Virus record (IMG/VR): IMGVR_UViG_3300030049_000007 | Strand: one strand, 5' to 3' | Source of the DNA: a virus | DNA length: 64,000 nucleotides | Part shown: positions 29,233 to 38,360 of the stretch, piece after piece | How positions within the stretch are numbered: position 1 is the first letter of the stretch | Layout: every line of letters starts with the position of its first letter | Translations under genes and position numbers: made by a program | Notes under the pieces: generated by a model | The model's database searches: none | What the model was told of the DNA's origin: nothing | What the model saw: the letters and a program-made list of their open reading frames with translations, nothing else

Positions 29233-30408
29233 TTACAGAGAAACTACCGCTAAATCAAAACCATCATAAACTGGAGCGTTATATTGATTAGTATTAGTTG
29301 TATCTAATTTAACACTTATAATATCACCAGCATTTACATAAATAGGTGAACTTACTTGAATTCTAGGTTCTAAGGTCATATTCGTATTATCTGTATCTAT
29401 TGAAATTTGAGTAGATTGAATGTATATAGAATTAATCTGTATACTAACCTTAATAGTTAAAAGACCAGAGTAATGTTTGGATAAGTTAATTCCAACACTT
29501 CCAAATGCTATACCTAAGAAACTTTTAACGGCCACAAAACCATTTGAAGTAACTGTTATATATTCTCCAGAATTAGCACTTTTTGATATAGATCCATCTA
29601 AATATATTGTACTATTTGTCAATCTTGCATAAAATTTATCAGTAGCAGTGGCAATAGCATTTGTTACATAATTTACATTTACAATATTATCGCCATTAGA
29701 AACTATACCATCATATCTAACATCTGTATTAGCGCCAAATGCCCATGTTAAATAATTAAAAGTATATGAATATTCAGATCCAAGGGTACCAGCTACTGAA
29801 TCTCCATTACGTTGAATAGCATTCTGGGCTCGTACCATTACTGGATTAACTGATTTTTGAACAAATGATATATTTACAATATCATTTGGTTGAGACATTC
29901 TACCATAATGTTGAAATGTACTACCTTGAATTACTGAACCATTAAAAATATTACCATTTAAAATACCAAAATTAAAATCACCAGTTAGTACTTCTTTAGT
30001 GGCATTTTTTACTATAGCATAAATAACATTAGAGTAAGATCCAGTTAATGCTGGACTTACTGTAATAACCGTATCACTAGTGACTGCTGTAATATAAGTA
30101 GTTTCAGAACCTATTCTAATTCCGTTTCCAGTTTGAGTTTCGGCTGTAAATAAAGTACCAGTTCCAGTAACCGTAACTCCATCAGTTGAAACAGAACTAA
30201 TAATACCAGATCCTACTTTAGTCACCACGGTAGAACCATCTTGCATGGCTGACGTAAGATCTACTTTCTCACTTAAGGCTTCATATATAGCTGTTATATT
30301 TTCTTTAATATTAGAAACTTGACTACATAAAAAATGCAATTGATCCATTGCAGATTTTATATCGCCAATCTTAATTTTTTCTATAGCTGATATTGACTTT
30401 AAATCCAT
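29233..30408 (-). CDS. Tail fibre/baseplate-associated protein
   Basis: Rich in Thr/Ser/Gly; 'TVTGTGTLFT' module and 'VN..YV' repeats. Confidence 0.55.
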   Translation of the reverse strand: MDLKSISAIEKIKIGDIKSAMDQLHFLCSQVSNIKENITAIYEALSEKVDLTSAMQDGSTVVTKVGSGIISSVSTDGVTVTGTGTLFTAETQTGNGIRIGSETTYITAVTSDTVITVSPALTGSYSNVIYAIVKNATKEVLTGDFNFGILNGNIFNGSVIQGSTFQHYGRMSQPNDIVNISFVQKSVNPVMVRAQNAIQRNGDSVAGTLGSEYSYTFNYLTWAFGANTDVRYDGIVSNGDNIVNVNYVTNAIATATDKFYARLTNSTIYLDGSISKSANSGEYITVTSNGFVAVKSFLGIAFGSVGINLSKHYSGLLTIKVSIQINSIYIQSTQISIDTDNTNMTLEPRIQVSSPIYVNAGDIISVKLDTTNTNQYNAPVYDGFDLAVVSL

Positions 30409-30425
30409 GTTTTCGCTCTAAGCAT

Positions 30426-30454
30426 ATTGTAGCACTAAATTTTTACTTACACAA
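30426..30454 (-). promoter_or_regulatory. Class II promoter
   Basis: TTGTGT-N17-TACAAT with a TG extension. Confidence 0.5.
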
Positions 30455-31448
30455 GCTTTTTGATTGTGATGTATCTAGGATATCCTATTGTACGAGTGTC
30501 GTTTCCAACAACTTCCATAATATTACTAGTTGCAGTTAATGATACGTTAGTACTAGTAATATCAAAAATCGTATTAGAATAAATAGGTAAACTATTTAAA
30601 GTAAATACTATTGTAGAATATCCAGTATAAGCAATTGGATATATACCACTATAATAAGAATAACCTACTATTTCATAAGTTCCCGTATTATTGAAAGTTA
30701 TATTTCCATTACCTAATATAGTAACCCAACTTGTAGATCCGGAAGTTGATAATGTAGTTACTGTAGTTCCGTCTACTGAAACTGATATATATCCAGCATA
30801 TGGAGAAGTTCCAGCAGCACCTTGAGGAATAGTAAAATTTAATACTGCTGCACTAGAAGATCCTGAATTAGTAATAATAACACTAGATCCTGCTGCACCA
30901 GTAGTTACAGTTCCTAAAGCTACCGTTGCTGCTGCACCATTTGTACCTTGAGGAATAGCAAAATTGAACACAGCCGCATTCGAAGTACCTGAATTAGTAA
31001 CTGTTACCGAAGACCCAGCACTTAAAGTTGTTACGGTACCAATTCCAATAGTTGCCGCTGCACCAGGATCTCCTGCATACACTGTATTACTATTACTTAA
31101 ATAATTAACCATTGTCTGGAAATTAACAACTTCAGTACCATCCGATTGATCAAATGGTAATGTTTTTAAATATTGTAATGTACAACCAGAATTAAAAACA
31201 AATTGTCTTACTTCCGTGTCTGTAGTATCTGAATTTCCAAAAGTTGTAGATATACTTATAATTTGAGATAAACGACTATCGGTCTCTTGATTAATGACTG
31301 AATAAGTATTAAATTTTGATAATAAATCTGCATATAAAAGATATGTAGATTCAGCAGAAGTATTAACGAATCTAACTGCATCGTAAATAGCTTTATAATA
31401 TAATGTATTATTATCAAAACTTTTTATATCTGTCATGCTATTGTCCAT
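30447..31448 (-). CDS. Tail fibre-like protein with two tandem ~43-aa repeats
   Basis: 'GAAAT...GTVTT..AGSSV..TNSG.S.AAV.NF.IPQG' occurs twice. Confidence 0.65.
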   Translation of the reverse strand: MDNSMTDIKSFDNNTLYYKAIYDAVRFVNTSAESTYLLYADLLSKFNTYSVINQETDSRLSQIISISTTFGNSDTTDTEVRQFVFNSGCTLQYLKTLPFDQSDGTEVVNFQTMVNYLSNSNTVYAGDPGAAATIGIGTVTTLSAGSSVTVTNSGTSNAAVFNFAIPQGTNGAAATVALGTVTTGAAGSSVIITNSGSSSAAVLNFTIPQGAAGTSPYAGYISVSVDGTTVTTLSTSGSTSWVTILGNGNITFNNTGTYEIVGYSYYSGIYPIAYTGYSTIVFTLNSLPIYSNTIFDITSTNVSLTATSNIMEVVGNDTRTIGYPRYITIKKLV

Positions 31449-32422
31449 CCAGTTATAGTATTTGTCTGATAATATTTATAATCAGATAAAATATTATCAG
31501 GATCAGTAGCTATAACATCTGAAGATAAAGTGCTATTATAATCTAAAAGATAAGGTATACTATAAATAGTAGGAGTTAAAGATCTATTTAATGTGATTGT
31601 TCCTAAATTATAAACAAGATTACCAGAACCATCTATAGCATTTACTGTAAAACCACTAATTAAACTAACCGTTTCTGTGGTTAAAGTTGTATAAATTCCA
31701 CTTCTTAATTGCAATCTATTTAGTGTATAATTTGCATAAGTATAGGAAATAATAATATTCTGAGTTCTTGGTCTAGAAGTATTTCCGTATGTTGTAGTGA
31801 TTGTTGCTACTTGACCGCTAGTATTATAAGTTACTGTAGAAGTAGATGATTCATAACTAGAACCTGCTGCTATAGCAAAATCAATAATATCATTCAGATA
31901 TTTTTCTTTATATGAATAATATTTAATATAATTATAAGCTTGATTTAAACCTGTTAATGCAGATTGAAGTAATGATCTTAATTTATTATTTAAAGGAAGT
32001 GAACTAAGGCTTGACTTATTATCTAAGTCTGCTACTAATAAAGAAGAGTTTGTAGTATTAGTCCAATTAGTATCACTATAATTATTTGCATAATTTACTA
32101 TTACTGACAATGTATAAGTGCTAGCATCAGCACCAGTAATGGTTAACGTATAGGTGTTACCAAAATGAACACTAGTAATTGGTTGATTAAATGTTAAAGT
32201 TAATACACAAACTTTACCATCTATACTAGTTGCTAATATTGGCGTAAATGGTAAAGTGGTATCAGTATTAGCAGATACCGTTACTGTAAAAGAAGTTAAA
32301 GCGGTAGAATTACTTCTTTGATCTATAGTTAAATTACTAGTAAGAGTATTATTACTACTTCCACCAATAGTTAAACCAGAAGCATCTAATAATAAACCAG
32401 TTTCTAAGAAAGCTAAGGACAT
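31433..32422 (-). CDS. Virion structural protein
   Basis: Rich in Thr/Ser/Asn; in the tail cluster. Confidence 0.5.
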   Translation of the reverse strand: MSLAFLETGLLLDASGLTIGGSSNNTLTSNLTIDQRSNSTALTSFTVTVSANTDTTLPFTPILATSIDGKVCVLTLTFNQPITSVHFGNTYTLTITGADASTYTLSVIVNYANNYSDTNWTNTTNSSLLVADLDNKSSLSSLPLNNKLRSLLQSALTGLNQAYNYIKYYSYKEKYLNDIIDFAIAAGSSYESSTSTVTYNTSGQVATITTTYGNTSRPRTQNIIISYTYANYTLNRLQLRSGIYTTLTTETVSLISGFTVNAIDGSGNLVYNLGTITLNRSLTPTIYSIPYLLDYNSTLSSDVIATDPDNILSDYKYYQTNTITGWTIA

Positions 32423-32449
32423 ACTTCAATCTCCACATAATAATCAGAT

Positions 32450-32836
32450 TTATCGTCTATTTCTGTGTACATAGTATCCAGATCCTTCTAAGTAAAATTC
32501 AGTAATAAGAAATCTAGTTACTTCTTCATTTTTCATAATTCCAAATAATTCAAGATTTCTAATTCTTTCCTCATATGAAGGATTGAGTGTCATGTTAGCT
32601 GTATCTTCTTTTTTAAATTTAACTTCGATAATATAATTAGAATATTTATCTGGATTATCTGAAAATACTTTAATATCATTTGTGCTAAATTTTTTCTCTA
32701 TTAAAACAGTTCCGTAACCTTCAGTTACAGCACAAATAAATTCGTTATATACGGTTAAGTCAATAGGATTTTTTTGTAAAATATTATCATATACTTTAAA
32801 TCTAACTGACTTATCAGTTCCTTTAATTAATATCAT
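32450..32836 (-). CDS. Hypothetical protein, possibly a BppU-like baseplate domain
   Basis: 'KGTD......PIDLT' N-terminal pattern. Confidence 0.35.
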   Translation of the reverse strand: MILIKGTDKSVRFKVYDNILQKNPIDLTVYNEFICAVTEGYGTVLIEKKFSTNDIKVFSDNPDKYSNYIIEVKFKKEDTANMTLNPSYEERIRNLELFGIMKNEEVTRFLITEFYLEGSGYYVHRNRR

Positions 32837-32837
32837 A

Positions 32838-33053
32838 TTAATATCTCGGAAGTAATCTTTTTAAAGTTACTAAGAAATTATCAAATTTAGAAAAATCACT
32901 AGTAGAGTATTTATGCAATAATTTCTTGTTTAATTCTTCTTCTATCTCAAAGTTGAAATTAAACTTTCCATCATTGGTTCTAGTGGGCGTATCTAATAGT
33001 TTATAATCTTTTAGCATTAGATATGCGGCATATCCTAAATTTGATACAATCAT
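32838..33053 (-). CDS. Small conserved phage protein (DUF5659-like)
   Basis: 'NLGYAAYL....YKL.......KF.F.F' pattern, recalled from memory. Confidence 0.45.
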   Translation of the reverse strand: MIVSNLGYAAYLMLKDYKLLDTPTRTNDGKFNFNFEIEEELNKKLLHKYSTSDFSKFDNFLVTLKRLLPRY

Positions 33054-33061
33054 GATATCAC

Positions 33062-34279
33062 CTACGATGGATTATATATTATGTATTTAGAAGTTAAAGG
33101 TTTAAATCTATTTAAAAAATTTGCTACATTAGTTATAGTTTGGGTGGATTGATTTGTTGTAAATTCTAATATAAATAAATTTCTAAACATTTCATATATT
33201 TTATTACTTTGAAATCTAGAATCATCATAAGAACTAAAATTAGTAATCAATCCAGCGCTAGGTAATGAATAAATGGTAGCATCTCCTGGTAATGTATGAC
33301 TTACTCCAGTATTATCTCCCATATCCCAATAAAGATTTGCATCATCATAATAAAGATTACTATCAAAATCTAAATGTGCATATTTTTCTTGATCTGTTAC
33401 GTCTATATTTAAAAGACTTAAAAGATATTGTGATCCATTAGCTAATATGAATTGAGTAAATCTTGCCGGATCTGCAAACTGATCATATAAATTAAAGTTC
33501 TTTGTTTCTAAAATTGTATATTTAGGAATGATGGTACCAACAGTTAAGGTAGAATCTATATTTCCAGTAATTGTAGTTAAAGTTCCATCAGAACTACTTT
33601 CCAGGGTTATGCTGGTTGTAGTAAGATTTCTTACTGTATCATTTATGGTTGAATATTGCAAATTTAAAAAGATGGACAATCCTATATTGATTGATTCTAA
33701 CGTTTGTCCTTTAACGGAAGTGTATAGTAATCCCAATAACTGATTTTTATAATTCTGTTGTTGAGTTAGAAATTCTGTACCATATTGTAAAAAGGAAAAT
33801 ACTGGTTGATAGTTTAATAATTTACCAAAAATATTATATAATAAATTCTTCTGATGATAACAGGTTTTGGTAAATAAAGTTATTACTCTAGGATCAAAAG
33901 CTGCTGGAAAAGTAATATATCTTACACCTGTAACTGAATTATTATTGATAGTAAAATTAGAAGCTGAACATGCTAATGATGTTAAATTTCCATCATAATA
34001 TAAATCTGAAAATCCAATAATACTAGATTCGATTGCATAATTATTTCCACCAATATTATTACCAACTGAAACATCAACTGTTTTGTAATATTCTTTAATA
34101 AATAATGGACATGTTTCTAAATAAGGTGCTTGGGATAATTGCTGAGTTTCATAGATCATACTTCCAATACAATTCGTGTATTGGTTAAAAAGAGGGATTA
34201 AAGTGTTATCTCCGTTAGAGTTTATTAAATTATCTTTATATGTTGAGGGAAGATAATCAAATAGAAAATCGACATTCAT
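33062..34279 (-). CDS. Baseplate wedge-like protein
   Basis: 'LF.YLPS.Y', 'FG.LL', 'KGQTL.SI' and 'FL.RFKP' pattern. Confidence 0.5.
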   Translation of the reverse strand: MNVDFLFDYLPSTYKDNLINSNGDNTLIPLFNQYTNCIGSMIYETQQLSQAPYLETCPLFIKEYYKTVDVSVGNNIGGNNYAIESSIIGFSDLYYDGNLTSLACSASNFTINNNSVTGVRYITFPAAFDPRVITLFTKTCYHQKNLLYNIFGKLLNYQPVFSFLQYGTEFLTQQQNYKNQLLGLLYTSVKGQTLESINIGLSIFLNLQYSTINDTVRNLTTTSITLESSSDGTLTTITGNIDSTLTVGTIIPKYTILETKNFNLYDQFADPARFTQFILANGSQYLLSLLNIDVTDQEKYAHLDFDSNLYYDDANLYWDMGDNTGVSHTLPGDATIYSLPSAGLITNFSSYDDSRFQSNKIYEMFRNLFILEFTTNQSTQTITNVANFLNRFKPLTSKYIIYNPS

Positions 34280-34281
34280 AA

Positions 34282-35697
34282 TTAACCTTTTAAAACATTT
34301 GTAAATTGGTCATTTAATTGCTGTTTTTCCATGCTTCTATTGCGCATATATTCATCAATTCCAATTTTATGTATATTTGGATTAAAGTATCTCTTAATTT
34401 TTCCGAACATCCCAAGTCTAGGTTCTGAAAGATATTGTATAACTTTTAATTTTCTTTCTTCTTCGGGTAATGATTTATGAGAATCGTATCTAGCCGCTCT
34501 TCCAATGGCCTGTAAAGTTTTTTGAGGATTCCAGCTTTGGTCAACAATTCCCATCATCTTTGTATTATGAAGATCTAAACCTTCACCACCTGCCGGTGAA
34601 ATTAATAAAGTTTTTAATTTTCCTTTATTATAATCAGTTACCATTTGATTTCTTTCTTCTTTACTCTGTTCTCCTGTAAACATACCATATGGTATATTTC
34701 TTTTTTTTAATTTTCGAGCTATCGGATCTAATCCTGATTCCAAAAAGCCAGAATAAATAGCAGCCTTGAAATTCTTATCCTTTTTCATTCCTTGTTGAAT
34801 ATCGCTCATTATAGCATCTATTTTAGGTGTATGTGTAGAACCACCATAACCCTCAACACTATTTGAAATTTGTCTACCTGCAATAGAGAAAGCATTTAAA
34901 TTAACTGATTCGCGTTTATTTAAAGGCAAATTGTGATTAATCTTGTATTTAACCCAGCCAGGGGCTTGTTTAAATGCGTAGTCATAATATCCTTGCTGTT
35001 CTTTGCTCATTCCAATTCTTTGAATTTCTTCTTCTACTTTTGGTAAATGCTTATTATAATCTTCATTACCAGAAAAAGTATTAATATAAGGAGAGGCTAA
35101 TTCTTTAAACTTATCTAAGTTTTTAGCCTCCTGAATCGTGCCGCCTTTTCGCCCCATTAATCTTCCAATAAGTCCTGGTCCAATTTTACGTTCTTTAATA
35201 AAGTTAGCTCTAAATTCTTTCTCTGTACCAAGAACTGGTTTACCCGCTACTGTATGTAGTAATGAAGCTATTTCAGTTGGACTATTTTGGGCAATCGAAC
35301 CACTTAAACCCAACATTTTATTAACTTTAGATCTAGAATATCTAAGTGTATCTCCAGTAAGAGAACTTTCATTTTGAGCACGATGTAATTCATCGGCAAT
35401 AATCATCTTTGGCTTATATTTGCTTAAATAAAAATCTGGATTAAGACGATATTTTTCGTAAGATACTAAATGGTAGTTATCTAAAGGTACGTTAAACTTT
35501 TTTAATTCTTTAATATAATTATGACTAAGAGATGCTGGAGTTAAAACTAATTTAGATTCAGAAGGATCTTGCTCTCCAATAGCAATTGATGATAAACTTT
35601 TTCCACTTCCTAAACCATGGAATAAAATCTGTGACTTAGTTTTATTAAATTGCTTTACAGCATCATTTTGATGCTCTTGTAATTTATAATCAGGCAT
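34282..35697 (-). CDS. Second SNF2-family helicase, inside the structural operon (start probably MPDYKL at 35697)
   Basis: 'HGLGSGKS', 'DELHR', 'LSGS', 'AGGEGLDL', 'WNP....QAIGRAAR'. Confidence 0.85.
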   Translation of the reverse strand: MPDYKLQEHQNDAVKQFNKTKSQILFHGLGSGKSLSSIAIGEQDPSESKLVLTPASLSHNYIKELKKFNVPLDNYHLVSYEKYRLNPDFYLSKYKPKMIIADELHRAQNESSLTGDTLRYSRSKVNKMLGLSGSIAQNSPTEIASLLHTVAGKPVLGTEKEFRANFIKERKIGPGLIGRLMGRKGGTIQEAKNLDKFKELASPYINTFSGNEDYNKHLPKVEEEIQRIGMSKEQQGYYDYAFKQAPGWVKYKINHNLPLNKRESVNLNAFSIAGRQISNSVEGYGGSTHTPKIDAIMSDIQQGMKKDKNFKAAIYSGFLESGLDPIARKLKKRNIPYGMFTGEQSKEERNQMVTDYNKGKLKTLLISPAGGEGLDLHNTKMMGIVDQSWNPQKTLQAIGRAARYDSHKSLPEEERKLKVIQYLSEPRLGMFGKIKRYFNPNIHKIGIDEYMRNRSMEKQQLNDQFTNVLKG

Positions 35698-35698
35698 A

Positions 35699-37267
35699 TC
35701 AACCCTTAATTTCAATAACTGAAGGATTGGCAAGAATAGTCGAAGAAGTAGTAGCTGTTGCGGTCTGGAAACTACAACCAATAGTATTTGCTACTGTGGT
35801 AGTGATAGCTGTAGTTGATGGAATATTAATAGTTCCATAACTAGTAATTGAAGATCCACCTTGTAACTGAATTATTAATTTACCCATTCCTTGCAGATAT
35901 CCAGCCGCTGTTAAGCTTGCTCTAATTTCTAAATCAAAATTATAAGTACCAGCGGCTAATGAAGCTGATGCGGGAAATGTAATATTCGTAGATCCAATCT
36001 GAACTTGTGCTGTGACGGTAGAGGCTGTAGTTACTATAGTAATAACTCCATTAATTGGAATTATAACTGTTTTGCCGACAACTAATGAATTAATTGGAAG
36101 CGTTAAAGTGCCAAGTAACGTGCTTGTTAAAATAGGATAATAAATTGTAGCTGCTGCGAAAGTAATTGCAGAAGTAGATTTTACTATTGCAATTACTCCT
36201 GATTTATAAGTAGTAATCGGATTACCACTAGCACCTTCAGATGTACAGAAGGTTTGCTGAGTTGAGTTAAACCACATATCTCCTAATGCCGCAGTATTAG
36301 AATAAGCTGTAAAGTTAACCTTTTGTGTAAAAGTAGTAGTTGTAAATTGTCCAGTACTAGGAGTAGTAGCTCCAATAGGTCCAGGTGTTGTTAGGGCGGT
36401 TGCTATATCTGACGTTACGATAGTATTCCATGCAGGAATAGCACCATTTGTTCCTGTACCTGTTTGAGTATAGAATTTCTTAGTGGTGGTTGTATTTGGA
36501 GCTAATAATGTTGTTGTATCAGTATTTGATTGATAGGGAACCGATCCTAATAATGTAGTAGAGTTACCGCCTACTAAATTAGTAGATTTAGTTACCGCAC
36601 TATTTATTGCAGTTCCCGGAATACCACTAAAATTAGTTCCGGTTAAAGTTGGTGTTATAGACCATGCAGGAATCGCCGAAGCCGATCCAACCAATACGCC
36701 CGTAGCCCCTGCAAGTATTGACGGAACACCGGTCGCACCGGTCGTTAATATGCCGTAATTAGCCGGAGATATGTAGGCTGAAGTTCCGGCGGCTGACTGG
36801 TAAACTATTTGATTTGCACCACCACCAACTAGGGAAGTTGCTGTACTAGCGTTTCCGGTTAATGGTCCTACGAATAAAGCTGATGTTACCGAAGTTAAAC
36901 CTACTAACGTGGTGGCTGTTGTTCCAAGTAATATATTAGTAGTTCCAATAGTTACACTTTCATTAGCTATACCATCTACTTTTTCCCAAATAGTTCCATT
37001 AAAGAAAAGTAAATCACCAACATTCCATTGAGATATTCCATCTATTAGTGTACTTCCTGAAGTTCCAACCCTATAATAAGTTCCCTGTATTCCAGTTCCC
37101 GATGCTAAAGTTGGACTATTAGTATTAGCATTCCATACACCGCCAAATATATTTAACCCATTTAATGCATTAATAGCATTTTCGATTATGGTCCAGTTAG
37201 AATCTAACTGAGCCCAAGTTAATTCAACTGTATAATCTGTACGTCTATATAATGATAATGTCATCAA
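35699..37267 (-). CDS. Tail fibre protein
   Basis: 'LTWAQLDSN' and 'GVWNANTNSPTL.SG.G..G.YY.V' modules; Thr/Gly-rich. Confidence 0.7.
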   Translation of the reverse strand: MMTLSLYRRTDYTVELTWAQLDSNWTIIENAINALNGLNIFGGVWNANTNSPTLASGTGIQGTYYRVGTSGSTLIDGISQWNVGDLLFFNGTIWEKVDGIANESVTIGTTNILLGTTATTLVGLTSVTSALFVGPLTGNASTATSLVGGGANQIVYQSAAGTSAYISPANYGILTTGATGVPSILAGATGVLVGSASAIPAWSITPTLTGTNFSGIPGTAINSAVTKSTNLVGGNSTTLLGSVPYQSNTDTTTLLAPNTTTTKKFYTQTGTGTNGAIPAWNTIVTSDIATALTTPGPIGATTPSTGQFTTTTFTQKVNFTAYSNTAALGDMWFNSTQQTFCTSEGASGNPITTYKSGVIAIVKSTSAITFAAATIYYPILTSTLLGTLTLPINSLVVGKTVIIPINGVITIVTTASTVTAQVQIGSTNITFPASASLAAGTYNFDLEIRASLTAAGYLQGMGKLIIQLQGGSSITSYGTINIPSTTAITTTVANTIGCSFQTATATTSSTILANPSVIEIKG

Positions 37268-38271
37268 ATATCCTCATAACCCGGTATTGGAAAATTTGGT
37301 GGAACTGGAACCGTCACAGAATAACCATCGATTACATATCCACTTAAAACATAACGATCTGGTTCTATATAATATCCAGCACCTAAAGTTAAATCTGCCG
37401 GCATTACTGCTGGAATTAACAAACTTAAAAATCTATTATCTACAATAGATTTTACATATGCAGATAATATATTTATTGAAGTAGTTGATAAATTAATTGG
37501 TACTATATAGTATCCAACTGTTTGATATTTAATTAAGTCAATAGCATTGTTAATGTAAGTTTCATCTGGTATCGAAACCACTATTGCTTGTGATGAGTAA
37601 TTTAATCCTTTAGAAAGTTCTAAATTTTTCTCATTTGAAATATCAGTAGCGGTTACAGGATTGTAAATTGTAAGAGTTGAAGTATTTATAGTCGTATTAT
37701 AAGTAATGATAGAATCTGCATTAATTACAGTTGGAAATGACACTATATTTGATCTATTACTAAAAGTTAAACTTACCTGCTGACTACTTATATTATATGC
37801 ATACGGAATTACTTCACTTACTTTTTCTATTAATTTATAAGTTAAAGTTCCTGTTAAAGTTAAAGTTGTAGATAATGTAAATGAAATTAAAGAAGTTAAA
37901 TTATAAGTAAAAGAACTTATATTAGATGCAAATAATAAATTATTACTACTATCGTAAATTACAAATAAACAATTAGGATTAAATTTAGCAGTAATAGGAA
38001 TAGAACATGTGATAATATTAGTAGAACTACTATTAGTTAAAGATATTTCTGTTGTTAATTCTTGCCAATATGAAATAGTTGGTACTATAGAAGTTGGATC
38101 TAATATTTGATTACTATTGGGACTCAATTGAATTGTATTATATGTACTATCAGTAAAAACTGGAATACTAGATGTTTGAGTTTTGGATATACCTATAAAT
38201 ATAGGTATCATAGTATCCACTGTTGTTGTAGTAGAAGTATTTTCTGCTAATTGTTTTACGCTAACGGTCAC
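37264..38271 (-). CDS. Structural protein, apparent paralog of the sheath N-terminal half
   Basis: Co-linear motif similarity to 21913..22881 (see findings). Confidence 0.45.
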   Translation of the reverse strand: MTVSVKQLAENTSTTTTVDTMIPIFIGISKTQTSSIPVFTDSTYNTIQLSPNSNQILDPTSIVPTISYWQELTTEISLTNSSSTNIITCSIPITAKFNPNCLFVIYDSSNNLLFASNISSFTYNLTSLISFTLSTTLTLTGTLTYKLIEKVSEVIPYAYNISSQQVSLTFSNRSNIVSFPTVINADSIITYNTTINTSTLTIYNPVTATDISNEKNLELSKGLNYSSQAIVVSIPDETYINNAIDLIKYQTVGYYIVPINLSTTSINILSAYVKSIVDNRFLSLLIPAVMPADLTLGAGYYIEPDRYVLSGYVIDGYSVTVPVPPNFPIPGYEDI

Positions 38272-38317
38272 AGAATTAGTCCTCGACTTCCATTATATAT
38301 GAAAGCTTGAGAATATA

Positions 38318-38360
38318 ATAGCTAAAAAAAATAGCGCCCAATTAGATTTGGGCACTATCT
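38318..38360 (-). terminator. Terminator after dnaE, with a TTTTTTAGCTAT tail
   Basis: ATAGTGCCCAA-atctaa-TTGGGCGCTAT followed by a T-run. Confidence 0.75.

Noticed and set aside
35698-35781. Signal-peptide-like N-terminal extension of the second SNF2
   Set aside because: It overlaps the tail-fibre gene in another frame. The ATG at 35697, right after the fibre stop, is the more plausible start.
20142-38271. Absence of tape measure and endolysin as a biological novelty
   Set aside because: The window is only part of the genome, so these genes may lie outside it.
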